64,000 nucleotides of DNA from Chrysomallon squamiferum (taxonomy: Eukaryota; Animalia; Mollusca). Both the position numbers and the translations under genes were made by a program. The notes under the pieces are model-generated. The model did no database searches and was not told where the DNA came from. It was given only the letters and a program-made list of their open reading frames with translations. Location of the stretch: contig CM022669.1 of NCBI GenBank assembly GCA_012295275.1, positions 15,810,001 through 15,874,000 of the forward strand. The letters are read 5' to 3'. Below, one piece after another: positions 1 through 14,833 of this stretch. The first letter of the stretch is position 1, and the number at the start of each line of letters is the position of its first letter.

Positions 1-1511
1 CAAAAGTTACAATAGCAACTATTACTATTTCAACCACCACTACAGTTAATTTTGTTATTATCTCTAAACCGCAGCTATTAATACAATTATCATACTCATT
101 TAAAGTAATAATAAATAAATAAATAAATAAATAATATAAATAAATAAATAAATAAATAAGTAAATAAATGAAATATGAATAAAAGTCAAAAAGATGAAAA
201 AATTTCTGTAGATGTTGTTTTTTTATTTTTTTTTTTAAATGAAAGAAATACAAATTCTATTAATTCACTTCCAAAGATCTAAAATTAGCATGCAGTTCTT
301 CGAAGCCATATGTGAGGTTTAAAACACGATCTGAACATTTGCCTTGGAACCTAAAATGGAAACTGATATTCATATTGCCTTACGTCTTTTGTTTGCATAT
401 TCTAATTCTCTCGGGAAGAAACACAACACACAATCTGAAGAACAAACGGAGATTCAGAAGATGTCTGTTGCTAGGTAACATTTTTGCGGGAAGCTTTGCT
501 CGACGAAAGTTTAAAAACGATCGGAGAAAGAGATATGAGATACAAATGAAGATTATTTTTAACAGTTGATGTGATTATATGTGATATACGATTGTTTTCC
601 AGTTTGTGCAAGTCATCGTCTGAACAGCCTCAGAGCCTGGTTTGCTTTATTTCCCGTTTCATTCAGAAACTACTAGATTCATTCATCAGAGGCTTGTTTC
701 CTGTATACGGCAAGCTCCATATCGAGTCGTATCTTCAGGTTTAATGATGACAGTAATTCCTGAACTGACTCTAACGGCCAGACAATTACTTTTCTATCAT
801 TTATACAATTACGAAAAAACAAAAACAAAAAACAAATAAAAATATCTGAAAAAAAAAAAAAATGAAAATATTTACAAAACAACCTTATAATATTTCGGAT
901 ACCTAATAACCATTAAATGTTAAACAAATATTCAGTAATATCTCTTTTCTTGATACTTTTGTTTTGTTTGTTATTGTTGTTTATAATGAAATTTAATTCA
1001 TTTAAAGCATAATACCTGTATCAATAAAAGCGTCTCTCGTTTTTACACAGTCAGTACAACTGATAACGGCGCCAGCGCTAACCAACTGCAAACGTCTTGA
1101 AACAAGTGATGCTGCCAAAGCAGGCAGTTGATTAATACCGATTACTGTTCGAAAACCTTTTTAATGAATAATAAATCTTTTCTACCTTTCAGACATGATG
1201 ATTCCTTATGTACGGACCATAGATGCATTTGAATACACTGATGTTATAACGTGCTGCAAAATTAGGATTTTAAGCACCTCATAATTAAATATGTTTATAT
1301 GTTTGTGTATGTGTGTGCGTGTGTGTGTGTTTGCATATACGTGTTCTGACTAACACGTGCAAGTGATCTATTATATATCCTTGTAACATTCCCAGAACAA
1401 ACTTCCTACTGTAATAAATTCCACTTCCTTGCTTTTAATACGCGTCCCTTGGCAACCATGAACATATTATTTTCTTTTCACAAGAATATACCATAGAAAT
1501 CTTTCTTCTAG

Positions 1512-1545
<34 letters not shown>

Positions 1546-2624
1546 AATAAGAAAAAGATAATAAAAATAAAAAAAAGGATGGAGGCAGGAAAGATACAAA
1601 AATAGCTAATTCATTCTTGGAATCAAACTATTGCCAACACCTTGGAAACCACTTCATACTCAGTCTTGCAACATTTCCATACGGCGCCGCCATAACACGT
1701 GTTTTGCATGTTCGTGTAGCGAGTTTGCCGTTTCTGGGTTTTTTTCACGCCACCGAACTAGTACCAATTATCGTTCTTGTTTTTTTGTTGTGATTGCCCG
1801 TGATTATGTAAACCGTGGCTGGAGAGAAAAAAGACCACACAGACACTAAATCCGAATTTGAAGACGAAATCTTCGCACCACGCATCAAAGCAATTCTGAC
1901 ATTCCCGCCAAAGAACAAAAAACACGTGACCTATTCTTTAAGACAAATGTTACAGGTCTAATTTTTTTTTTTTTTTTTTTTTTTAAGCCGTCTTCTAAAT
2001 GGCAGAGTTTGACATATTACACAGTTAGTTTTCTCTTTCACAAACTGTTGCTGTGTTGCTAAAAGATATCCCAAAGCAAGCACGAGAGGCAAAAACATTG
2101 TGGTGACAGACTTCATAGAAATAACACCTGGAAACATTATTTTCTTCTGTTCTTGATTTGCTTGTGCAACGGTTTGGTCATTTACTTCATTTCGGGCCCA
2201 TGCAACTGGGAACTGCAGCCAGGTAGGCAGGCCAGTGAATATTGATGACCGTCTTATGACCAAGATGAATTAGATTGTGGAAATACTCCAGAAGAGCTCC
2301 GCTTCTTTATAAAATCCTGGTTTAACTCCAGATGAACGATTTTCAAAATAATTTCAGAAATTTCTTCTTGGCAAACATGGAAATATTCCAGATCACAGCC
2401 AAACTGGTTGTTACACTGTTCGTGAGGTTGGGGCGACTTACTGATACTAAGACATTGTCAGCTGTTGAACATATATATTACGTCTTCATAAATAGAATCC
2501 AGAACAGAAGAAACAAAACAGCACTGTTAATCTGCCTGTTCACCGGGGTCAGCCTTGTCAAATGTAATGAGTTAAAAAGTAGTTCAAATAATTATTATCT
2601 CATATTAGAGATTTCATTATCATA

Positions 2625-2867
2625 ATTATTATTAGTAGTAGCAGTACAAGTAATAGTAGTAATAGTAGTAGTAGTAGTAGAAGTAGTAGTAGTACTAGTA
2701 ATAGTAGTAGTGGCTGTAGTAATAGTAGCAGTAATAATGGTAGTAGTAGAAGTAGTAGTAGTAGTAGTAATAGTAGTAGCAGTGGTAGTAATAGCAGTAG
2801 TTGATGTCGTAATAGTATATGGTCTGCCATCAAAATAAATTGCGTTGACAAAAACAAAAAACAAATA

Positions 2868-2905
<38 letters not shown>
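2625..2905. repeat. Compound (AGT)n/(AAT)n microsatellite
   Basis: Degenerate agtagt/aataat runs. Source of the poly-T and poly-L pseudo-ORFs. Confidence 0.9.
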
Positions 2906-2907
<2 letters not shown>

Positions 2908-5479
2908 TAAATCAGCGAGTAAAACATTAGCTTGGTCAATATAAATACATTAGAAAACACTCACCACAGTTTTTTTTTTTTTTTCTTTCTTTCTTTTTTG
3001 TCAATCTATTTTCTTTCCATTCTCGTCTTCATTTACACTGAACGTTTTGGTTGTCGTTATAAGCGATAAACACAAACACACAAAACATAAAAAAACAATC
3101 ACCCAAATAACAGTTATTGGCCAAAAAACTATAAATGTCAAATGATATCCGGAGGAACGAAACATAAAGAAAATCATATTTCACTTCTGCGTGTTCTTGT
3201 CGGTTTCTGGTTTTTCTCGTAAAATGACTGGTAGTTCAATGTTCTGTCAAATTGTCCCGTTAACCAACTTGTGTTCTCTCTACGCATTAAATACAGTGGC
3301 ACGGCTGTCAAGCCATTTTTTCCGTTCCACTTAACAATTCGTAGCAATGCCTAATCACAGCTTGCTGTTGATTGTCGCCTGCATCTAGGCACTGATTTAG
3401 TTATTTTTTCGTTTTCAATTCGACAGATTGCTCAATTGTGCGTCCAGCGGCTATTTCTGTTGTTAACGCTTTTTTTTCCCTTTTCTTTCTTTTTTTCCTT
3501 TTAGTAAGCGTGTATCTTTTTTATGCTCTCTCTCTCTTTCTCTCTCTACGAATTTCGTTTTGACTTAGTGATGTATATTTATTTATTTATTTATTATTAT
3601 TATTATTATTAGTAGTAGTAGTAGTAGTAGTATTTATTAGTATTATTATTACTGCTACAACTACTACTATTTTCTGCATCTGTTTTATGTATGGCATACA
3701 ACAATTTGAATAAATACACAGATGGAAGAGAAGAGAAATAAAAAAATGGCACCATTAACTAATAATAAATATGGAAACAAATGTATAGACTCCAATAATA
3801 TGGACATTAACATTAGGGACGAAAAAAAAAACTGATCATTTAAATCATTGTAATATCAAATAACGTGAACAGAACCGTTAAATCAGACAAATGCATATAA
3901 CATAAAAATAATATTATTTTTGCCATCATTATATTAGTAAATAATTACAAAACTAAATTACATTAACCAGACCCGTCTCGCATGACATCAGCTCGGAAAA
4001 CAAGCCCACGAAGAACATTTTTGTCTCCAGTGAAAAAAAAAAAAAACAACAGACGTCTGAAAATCTCTTTTCCATTATCTATATTATTATCATTTCCAAA
4101 CGGTATCTCTTTTACTGGGCAATAAAGGAACGATTACATGCAACTGGTCAGCGGAGTTAGCAGCCATAAAGAAGGAGATTTAACGCTGGGCTTTGTTGCG
4201 CTAAGATCAGTCAGTTTTATTTTTACTCATTCATAATTGTCTGGGAGGATGAGCCGCGGTTATTCCAATACGTGGAGAGAAGCGTGGGTTTGGTCTCATC
4301 CAAGAGCGTGCGAGGTCTGTCTCTTAGAAGCGGTAGAACAAATGAAAGGTTTTTAGCTGTTACGTGAACATGAATGAACTAGCCTGTCGCTTTTTGAAGA
4401 TGTTGCGTGTCTGTGTGTTTGACACGAATACAGATTATAAATGAAATAAAAAAAAAAAAATAAAAAAAAATCTTGTATAATGATTCTTTTGTGAGGAATT
4501 ATAATATTTGACATGAAAGATGGAATTACATATTTAATGAATATATAGAAATTATCAATTTGATTAAGGCTTTAGCCTGTCGTCAGATATATATATATAT
4601 CTATGCCTTTTTTTTTCTTTTTTATTACCCCAATAAAGGTCTGTTTCTAATCCAAAATTATAATTATATCAAAGATACTTTACAAAAGTACTGTCCGATA
4701 ATGAATGAACATAAATCTATTGTCATAGAAAAACAAAATAGTTAATGTATATCACAATAAAACAATATTATCGAAGTGATTTAAAAAAAAATATATATCA
4801 GTTATTTATAATTTTGGTAAACGGGTCGTTCTTTATGTTCGAAATAACTAATAGGGAAAAAAAAAAAAAAAAATCAAGCTGTATATAAAGGCCTAAAACA
4901 AATAAATAACAAATATTTTTGACATATTTTTTTTCTCCGAAAAAGTATATGCTTTAGGGCTGATTGTAAAACTATTTTATTATATACACATAAACATTCT
5001 CTGTGCTGATCATAAAATGCCTGGAATTCAATCATTTCGTCTTGTTTCCCACTAAGCCTAAGGCGAAGGCACTTAGGGAAAATTGTGTGCCATTCCAAAG
5101 CCAGCTAATATTACAGATACATCAAAAACTACAGCTTTTTTTTAGTTCAGTTCAGTTCAGCATTCAGAAAACGCCTACTCAAAGGACATGTGTACAGTTC
5201 TCTGTAGAAAACAGTACAAGCCAAGCAGGAGTCCTTTATATTGGGTTGCAGAAGTGATACCGTTAGCGGGAATTGCCTCGTTATATATTTAAAAATGTTT
5301 TCGTTTCTGGAAATTCTTATTTTCAAACCATGCGCTGATATTGGCGCAGCCAAACACAGGTTTATCACTTATGTTGCTGTGAGAGAATTTTCTTTTTTCT
5401 GTTTTAGGCACAAATATTTCTGACTTAACGATTCAAACTTAAAAACACAGACGAGCCAATACAAGTAGGTAGATCGATA

Positions 5480-5553
5480 AAGATAAACAGACAGATAGGT
5501 TAGATACATAAACATATAGATATACTGATAGATAGCTATAAATGGATAAATAC

Positions 5554-5593
<40 letters not shown>

Positions 5594-5625
5594 GTATACA
5601 GATAGATAAACAGGAGATAGAGATA
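5480..5625. repeat. (AGAT)n tetranucleotide repeat, degenerate flanks
   Basis: gatagataga runs seen directly. Confidence 0.85.
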
Positions 5626-6864
5626 AAGAGTCAGATTGATAGTCAGCTAAACAGACAGACAGAGAGAAAGAAAGAGGCATCCTAAAGTGGTGTTGCATTA
5701 AAGTATCATTTTAAAATGCCAACAAATTTACTGTAACGTCAATGGAAAAGCATTTATGCATTTCTCTGTCTGTCTGTGTGTCTCTCTGTCTATATTTAAC
5801 TGCATTCAGCTCAATGAACTAATTACAAAACCAGCAGGCATGTAGCTGAAGAGAAACAGGAACCAATAATAATATTGTCAATAAAAAAAGAAAATCGCGT
5901 TTCATTTAATAAATACAATAACACGAAGGTCTGTGTCCATGCCGGTTTAATTACACTGCAAAAAAAAAAAAAAACAACAACAAAAAGCAATATGTCAACA
6001 GACAATTAGCTGATGATATGTTTGTCTTGCTGCCAAGAGCTTGTTTGGAGATGAAGATAATGAATCTAGTTTTATTTTCACAACATGAGAGTTAATTATT
6101 TTCCGTCTGTTGTTTACAGAACAGAACAAAGATCTTTATTTCAGTAAGACCAATCTGAACAGTAGTACGAAAAATACGCATAGTTAAATCTGAACAATAC
6201 ATTTTAATGGAGAATACGTGTATAATTAACGAGTAGCATTTGGCTTCAGTTACAACATCCATATTTATTTATTTCTAATATGAAATATTTATTGCGGTAG
6301 AGTACGGTAAAATTAAGAAGTGATCAGTAACCGGAATGTTTCTATTCTACTTACATTTCATGACGTTGTTTATGTACAAATAGATATAACATGACAAATT
6401 TATGTTAAAAAAAAATAAAAAAAAAAATTACTTAAGCTGTTTTTAGAATTTAATTACAGTATAGCAGTGGTGAAATATACCATATACCCATTTTCTTTTT
6501 TTTTTATTTTTACACAGTATCTTATATTTCATTTACCTCTTAATTTTAACGTTAAAATCACTTAGATTTGTAATAGGCTTTAACAGCTTCGTTTCAATAG
6601 GACTGTTAACATGTCCAATTTACTTCCAGCTAAATGGAATCTAAAATCATAAATGTGCATAATAAATGCCGCTCAAATTTAAGTGCTGTTTTAACCTCAT
6701 CAATAAAATAAATCGACGTCGCAGATATGTTAAAAAAATGTTTGTTTCATGTATTTTCTCTATGTAAAATACATCTGTAATAACTGACGCGGCTGTCTAG
6801 GTCAAAGTAAGATGCTTAATAAATAGAAACCTTTTTATTTTTTAATTGTTTTTATTATCATAAC

Positions 6865-6867
<3 letters not shown>

Positions 6868-6922
<55 letters not shown>
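6868..6922. repeat. (ATT)n microsatellite
   Basis: Perfect tandem run. Confidence 0.95.
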
Positions 6923-6924
<2 letters not shown>

Positions 6925-8400
6925 AGATTATAGGGTAACACCAATGGGTAACTAATAAATTATATCACACAAGGCAACTGGCGCATACACATAAAATGAT
7001 AATGCATAAAAACGATCTGAATCATAGTTCAGTTACTAGTACAGTAACAACTACGACAACAACGACTACTCCATCAACATTGCCACCATCACCAGCACCG
7101 CCATCACCACCAACAGCAACACTAAAAACAATAACAATGATAATAATAATAACAACAACAACGAAACAACAAAAACATGAAGAAGCAGAAGAAGACGAAG
7201 GAAATGTTATACAAACCAGTTGTTCAAAACATGAACGAAGACATGAATCAGTGTGTAACAACGCCTCAGAACATTTTAATATTAAGTGATATTAAATGTG
7301 AAATATACGATGTTTCGTACACCAATGATATAAATTTAAGAAACACATTGCCGTCATTTCAAGTACTACTTTTCTCGAATCGAAGCAAAGAATCTTTTGC
7401 ATTCGCCTTTCAGAGAAAGCAAAACTGGCATGACAGCCTTTTATAAGCAGAATATGTGGAACGTTGTTTGGGAAAGAAGAAGAAGAAAAAGAAGAAGACG
7501 AAGAAGAAGAGCAACAACAACAACAACAACAGGAAGAACAAGAAGAAAAACAAGAACAGGAACTAGAACAAATGCAACAAGAAGCGTCTACGAAATGAAA
7601 AGAGAAACAATTTATTACTACTTCATTAACAAGACTTCAAGTGTTTCTTGTAAGATTCATCTTTCCGGATCACCTACTGCCTCCTACCACTCTTGAACAC
7701 TAATTATAACTGAATGTTTCTCTTAGGAACTGAAACCTCTTATCCTCTGTCATATTTTCATAGAGTGATGGTTTATTCAGTGAAAAGAAATCTGAAGTTT
7801 CTCTTCTACAGTTGTGAGAAAGACCTACTTTCGTGGCAAAACGTAGACTTCGTAATGAAAAACTTTGGTCTCGCGTTATTGGAGGTACTTAATGTCTATT
7901 AAAAGTGCCATTGGAAAGATGTCTCATTTGGTCCTTGTGTAATAAAGTCTGGTGAATAGATATCTTAGGTAAAGTTAATCTTGGACGCAGGAGTTTTACT
8001 ACCGTGTTATTACAAGGAAAATTAGGAACGTCCTCGTATGATGTTGTCTCAGAAGTGACACTAGTGTAACTTACTTATCGTATGGATGTTTCTTTATGAG
8101 TGACTGTTTTTATAGTGCAAAGATAAGTGTTTCCTTTTTTTTTTTAAATTAACGATATATATATATATTTATATAGACACATATTTATATATTTATTTAT
8201 TTATTTATTTATTTTTGTATTTATTTATTTATTGGTTTGTTTATGTTTCTGTTCACCTTGCATGAACCATTACTAGACATCTTAACAGTGTATAAATCTG
8301 GACTTGATATGTAACAGATAGGTATTCCAGAACAAAACTGAGAGAGAAAAAAAAGGATGTTAAATAGATAGATAGATAGCGCGAGACAGAGATAACGAGG

Positions 8401-8403
<3 letters not shown>

Positions 8404-8478
<75 letters not shown>
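8404..8478. repeat. (AG)n microsatellite
   Basis: Perfect tandem run. Confidence 0.97.
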
Positions 8479-8483
<5 letters not shown>

Positions 8484-9009
8484 TTGAAGATAACATAAGG
8501 GAAAATCTCACAATACATAAGATATTCTTGGTATATAATGTTTGGCATAAAGGTATTCATGATACCGTAATAATTTTGTTCACAGCTTAGGTGAGACTGT
8601 TTGTAATCATGATATCACTTTGTATTAGTCATTAACAGTTAGATGCCAGTTACCATAAACATCATTGTATCTAGAAAACTGTACAAGTAATATCGTTACA
8701 CTGGTTATATGGATAGCTCGTATTTCTCTAGTACCATGTGCGCCAATAGTGCTTATAAAAGTTAGCTATCCTAAATATGACTGGGTATTTCTAGAGTAAG
8801 ACATCTTCTTATATTGGGTGTTTATGCTAGTTGTTGTTGTGTTGTTGTTGTTGTTGTTCTTATTGTTGTTCTTCTTCTTCTTTTCATGTTCATATAAAAT
8901 ATATTCAAAACATATTCATAAAAGGTAATGCTAAAAATATCACTACGAAAAAACTAAGAGAACAGTAGTAGTAGTAATAATGAAGATAATAATAATAATA
9001 ACAATGATG

Positions 9010-9047
<38 letters not shown>

Positions 9048-9210
9048 CGTCATCATAGTTATAAACAAAAATTGTTTTAAACCCTAAATTCCATGCTATT
9101 TTCATTCATGCTTCGTCGTCAAAGAATTTCTTAAAAAAATATTTGACCGCTAAATTATATGAGAAAACATGAAACAAAACATTCACATCACTTTTTTTTT
9201 CTTTTTTTAA

Positions 9211-9248
<38 letters not shown>

Positions 9249-9866
9249 TTTTTTTTTTTTTTTTTTTTTCACTGCATTTGGGAATTACATGAGAAGTTAG
9301 TTTGATTATCAGTACGTTCTCGAAGAACTAAACTGTCTCGGGATTACCCGTGCATTTCGCGTTTCATGCTCCTTTTACAACTAAAAAAAAAGAAAAGAAA
9401 GTTAACTTTATTTACGTTACCGAAAGGCTATCTGTTTACTTGTGGGCGAGCGACTGATTGACAGGGCCACCTGTAGAACGCTTATAACATTTATTCATGT
9501 TTATGAGAAACTACAGTTCAAGAATTCTACCCTGACTTCAAGGGCTCCGTTGCCAAGGTCTGTCTGCCAAGCTCTTTAAAGAAGGCGACAGTGTCAGAAA
9601 AAACCCAGAAAACGTAAAAGTGTGGGGAAAAAAAAGAAAGAATAAAAATGATGAACAGAAAAACAAATAGGTAGAAGTGCCACCTCCAAGTCTTTCCTGA
9701 AGTAAAGTATTCGTTATTTAGGTGTAGAATTATGAAATAAAACAAACAAATAAACAAACAAAAGTAGTATAACCAAAGTAGTAGTAATATGAACAAGAAG
9801 GAAAACACCAAGAACTACAATAATAATAACAACAACAACAACAACAACAATAACAATAATAATAAC

Positions 9867-9898
<32 letters not shown>

Positions 9899-10473
9899 CA
9901 TGAAAAAGAGCTGAAAAAAGTAAGATTAGAAAAACAGTAACGATGACAATAACAAAAGAAACAACAACAAAAACAACAACAACAACATCAGTAGCTAACT
10001 AACAAACAAACTGACTAACTAACTAAATCAATAAATTAAACAACTAAGTATCTGAAAATAGGGACAAATACGTATTTATATTAAAACACACATATGAAAT
10101 TAATTCAGCAAAAACGTATCACAAATAAATTTATCAGAAGAGAGCCGAACAAACACAGTGACAAGAAACAAACTCTCAAATATCAGTTATGAAAAGAAAA
10201 CCTCCAGACAAACCAAACACCCTCACACATACTTGCACTCCTTAATTTACTTTCGTTTAATGTGGCCAAACAGCCTTAAACAAAAACTCACTCACCTGAT
10301 TAGATAAAAAAATCACATGTGTTTGTCTCTTCATATTCTAGAACTTCTGGAAAAAAAAAATGAAAAAAAAAAAAAAATAACAACGGGACATTCCAAGAGC
10401 ACAAAAGACAGTTCCACGTGTTTACAAGTAGCTTAGTCCGAGAACAACATTTTCTTTTAGCTTCTTCTGCAGC

Positions 10474-10505
<32 letters not shown>

Positions 10506-10939
10506 CAGTTAGCAGGCAAAGAGTTTTGGGGAAGATGTCTACGCGGTGTTATGTTCACAGTTTCTCTGACTTACGCTCGCTTCTGTCAGAAAGAGTTTTT
10601 CACTCTGGTAAAATATGTGCGACAGATGTCAGTCTTCCGAAGTGGTCTAACACGTTTTAATGTCTCCGATCCCATTCATCTCTCACTCTCAGAGAATTGT
10701 TAATAATATCAGCGGTGTATGTATCCGTGTTTCGTGCTGAATGATAAGTATAAATGCTTTACGATGGTGTAATTTGTTTTTTACATTCTTTCTTTCTTTC
10801 TTTCTTTCTTTCTTCAGTTTTATGCACGTTGGAAGAAATGCTAATAATATCCTACGCTCTGTGTTTGGTGGAGATATGCATTATGACGGTGTTGTTTGTT
10901 TTTGTTTCTAGCATACTGGTGGAAACGCTGGAAGAAACC

Positions 10940-10963
10940 ATGATGACGATGATGATGATGATG

Positions 10964-11012
<49 letters not shown>

Positions 11013-11062
11013 CAATAATAATGATGATGATGATGATGATAATAATGATGACGATAATAATA
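10940..11062. repeat. Compound (ATG)n/(AAT)n microsatellite
   Basis: Tandem trinucleotide runs. Confidence 0.92.
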
Positions 11063-11816
11063 ACAGAGTATCCTGATGTTTCTAGTTCAGGTACATAAAA
11101 GGAATGTATAATTATGTATACTAATACGAAGTAATTTAGTCAAAGAAATCAGAACATATATTTGTGTGTATGTATATGTGGGTGTGTGTATGTGTGTGTG
11201 TATATATATATATATTTATTTATTTAAAGCATAAAAAATGTATTTCATCAAATAACAGTATTAAATAAATACATAAATAAATAAACAAACAAACAAGTAA
11301 TAAATAATTAAATTAATAATATTAATACTACCAGCTCTATATCTGTTACTATCATTACGACATATGTAATAATGATTCTATTTATGTGTACAAATATAAA
11401 CTTTGAATACTTCCAAGGAAAAAAACCCCCAAAAAACATTAATCGGGTTTAATACTTATCTAAAGCTATTGCTCAAACAAAATAATTTTTTATGAAGGCG
11501 ATAAAATGGTAATGATGAAAACAGAAGACATTACGAAAATGTCATTGTAAAATAATGACTGGACCAGGCGCCTGTTAAAGCAAACAATAAACGAAAGAAA
11601 GACAAACAGAAAGAAGAAAAAGAAGAAGAAGCTAAAGAAGAAGAAGAAGAAGAATGAAGGACATAATGAAGAAACGTAATTATAAAAAAGAAGAAAAAAA
11701 AATGAATAGAATAACAGAAAATAGAGATAAACACCACTGTGAATAGTATTATATTTAAAAAAAAAAATCAAAATCAAAAAAATAAAATAAAATAAAATAT
11801 AAACAAAAAACAATTA

Positions 11817-11859
<43 letters not shown>

Positions 11860-12296
11860 TTAAAGTAAAAAAAAATAAAAATAAAAATAATAATTAGACA
11901 AAACAGAAACAGAGAAAATAAAATAAATTAAAAAATAAATAAATAAATAAATAAATAAAATAAAATACATTTTTAGTTTTCATCATTTAGCATGTCTATT
12001 AATGACTGTTAACGTTTAATGTGTCATAATCTGCAGCAGGTTCCGACATTCTGTGCATCAAACGAACGCCGTGCGATCTCGTTCAAAGCCGAGATTAGAT
12101 ATAAAACAGCAACAAACGTGTTTAGAACTGCCTGGGGCTGCATCATGCCTCAGTGAAGGCGTAGAGACGGAACCTAAGCTATAAAGCGTGCGAGAAGCGA
12201 GCACTAAACTTGCCAGTTTCCGTAACAAATCTGCGATAAAAATGAGACCACTATCTCCTAATATGCCGTTTAAGTCCGCAGATATTTCTCTATTTT

Positions 12297-12346
<50 letters not shown>

Positions 12347-13068
12347 TTTTATATATATATATATATGTCTTCCCTTTAAAACATTTCAAAAATCTAGTTG
12401 AAATAGCATATCGTGAAAAATTTAAGAGCAGCTGTGATAAAACTTCGTGTAAAATGTTAATTGCTTGCAACAGATACGTCGAATGGTATAATATACCTTT
12501 GCTGCCATGGCCCACATACACGTATTTTAAATGCCGAAAATGCAAACATTTCCTCGCGGAATGTGCACAAAAGTGTTTCGAATGTCTGAAAGTTTTTTTT
12601 TTTTTTTTTTTTTTCTTTCTTTCTTTTTCTTTTACTTAATCTTGTCAACTACAATATTCCCATGCGCGTATTTTACAGGTAAGTTGCGAAAATAATCCTT
12701 CACAGATTGGAACAAGTTAGTTCTGATGTTTCTGAAACCGAGTATGTGAAAGTAAGTAAATAAATAAATACGTGAATGAATGAATGAATGAATGAATAAG
12801 TAAAGATAAATTAATAAATAAATTCATATGTTCATATGTCTATAGGTTTATATATATATGTAAGTTTGTATGAATATTTTTCTATTAACTTACCTCGATG
12901 CATAAAGAAACTGAAGTGAGGTCTTCATTCAAAATTTTAAAGTGTTAATAATTTATTTTACAAAGAAGTAAAAAAAAAATAATAATAATAATAAATAAAA
13001 ATAAAAATAAAAATGAAAAATAAATAAAAGTAAAAAATTAAACATTATAATAAAAATAATAATTGACA

Positions 13069-13118
<50 letters not shown>

Positions 13119-14463
13119 CAACAACAACAAAAATATCAAAAATAAAAAAATAAATAAATAAATAAATAAGATAAAAATAAAAATAAGCAAAAAATAAAAA
13201 AATAAAAAAATAAAAATAAATAACCACCACAAAAGAATATGAAAAAAAAAGTAACTTCTAAAAATCTTCTTGAAGTATTTTCAAAACAAGCCAAAACAAA
13301 CACACTTTCTACATTGTAGAGGTGCAAATGAACACTGTGCCGCTGTTTTGAAAACAACTCTCTCATTCTTCTCTGCCTCTTTGCCTTCTGCAGCGTTCGT
13401 CAGGTTTTCTGTTACAACAATTATCAGTGAAAAATATCTCTTAATTATTTTGCAAGTCATTTTGAGTGGCGTGCGTTGACACCGCTTTCGAACGATACGT
13501 TTGTATTTCGTCTTTACATCTTTCTCGTGTGTCTGTCTATTCTAACGCTAGATCTTTTTCTTTTTTTTTAAATTCTATTTTTCTTCTTTTCAAAAGTGGT
13601 TAGTTATAAACTGTGCAGCGTTATGGCATAATCTCAAGTACATCTGAGTGTGTGATCTAATTTTAAATAAGGTTATTTGAAGTCAGTGGAATTACTTTAT
13701 GTTTGAGGAATTCTATGCGTGTGTATATGTGGAATAAACTGCTTTTATTGATTTTTAATAATATATATATATTTTTTTAATGGAAACTCTTTCATATTAA
13801 TATTAAAATACAGGATAAATAATATTTTGTTCTGATAATCAGCTTATATAAGTCTCGATCAGCATGAGTTTGTTTGTTTCTTTACTTAATTACCTCCGTT
13901 TATTTATTTATGTCAGTTAATACTGATATTTAACAGTCGTAAATAATTATAGTTGTTGTTGGTATTTATTTATAGATGTATTCGTATAAGAAAGAATAAT
14001 AATTAAAACCCATAATACAGCCATTCTGTTAATAAATAAAAAAAATTATATGTAATAATAATAGTAATAAAAATAAATAAATAAAAAAAAAAAAAAAATG
14101 AAATCAACAACAGAAAGAAATTCAACAAAACACACGTACACGGAAACATGTGTAAGTAAAATACTGACTTTCATCCAACCTACTGGCAATACATTCTAAT
14201 GCATTCCTTTCAAAACAGGCAAATATTTCTTCTCGTTTGCTTCGTGCACAGCTCACGGAAGAAGAAAATAACTATGTCTGCTACAAGAAATAATGAAATT
14301 TTAAATTAGTCCCGAAACTCAGATAGATTGATACTGAATACGCTAATTGGTCGATAGATTTTTCAGTTTGGTGTTTTGCCCATACACTCTGACAGTTGTT
14401 GCGATTCGCACACACGGGGAAAACAATCTGCTTTCCTCCTCCTCTTGTTTACGACCGGCTTTG

Positions 14464-14496
<33 letters not shown>

Positions 14497-14739
14497 CCAC
14501 CATCGCCATCGTCATTGCCATTGGGGAAAAAGGTCTATGTTATTCATATCAACCTTTTCTCAAGACCCATGTCTTAGCAGCTTTTTTTTTTTTTTGTTGA
14601 GGAAGACAAACGATAAGGTTTTTCAATTTGCTGAAAGTACTGGAATTTATCACTTTAGATTCTCCTCGTCGTCATTATCTTCGCCGAATGAATGCCGGTT
14701 CTGCGCCCCTATGGGATAATTTGGTTAACTTGTTAGTAC

Positions 14740-14743
<4 letters not shown>

Positions 14744-14830
<87 letters not shown>
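14744..14830. repeat. (AG)n microsatellite
   Basis: Perfect tandem run. Confidence 0.97.

Positions 14831-14833
<3 letters not shown>

Noticed and set aside
1958-2263. Minus-strand ORF containing a signal-peptide-like stretch MKSVTTMFLPLVLALGYLLA, a possible first exon of a neighbouring paralogue
   Set aside because: No convincing phase-compatible splice donor follows it, and the ORF ends in a poly-A tract.
12670-12910. Isolated consensus donors (plus CAG|gtaagt near 12678; minus GAG|gtaagt near 12894)
   Set aside because: No supporting coding frame or convincing exon. Expected by chance in 64 kb.
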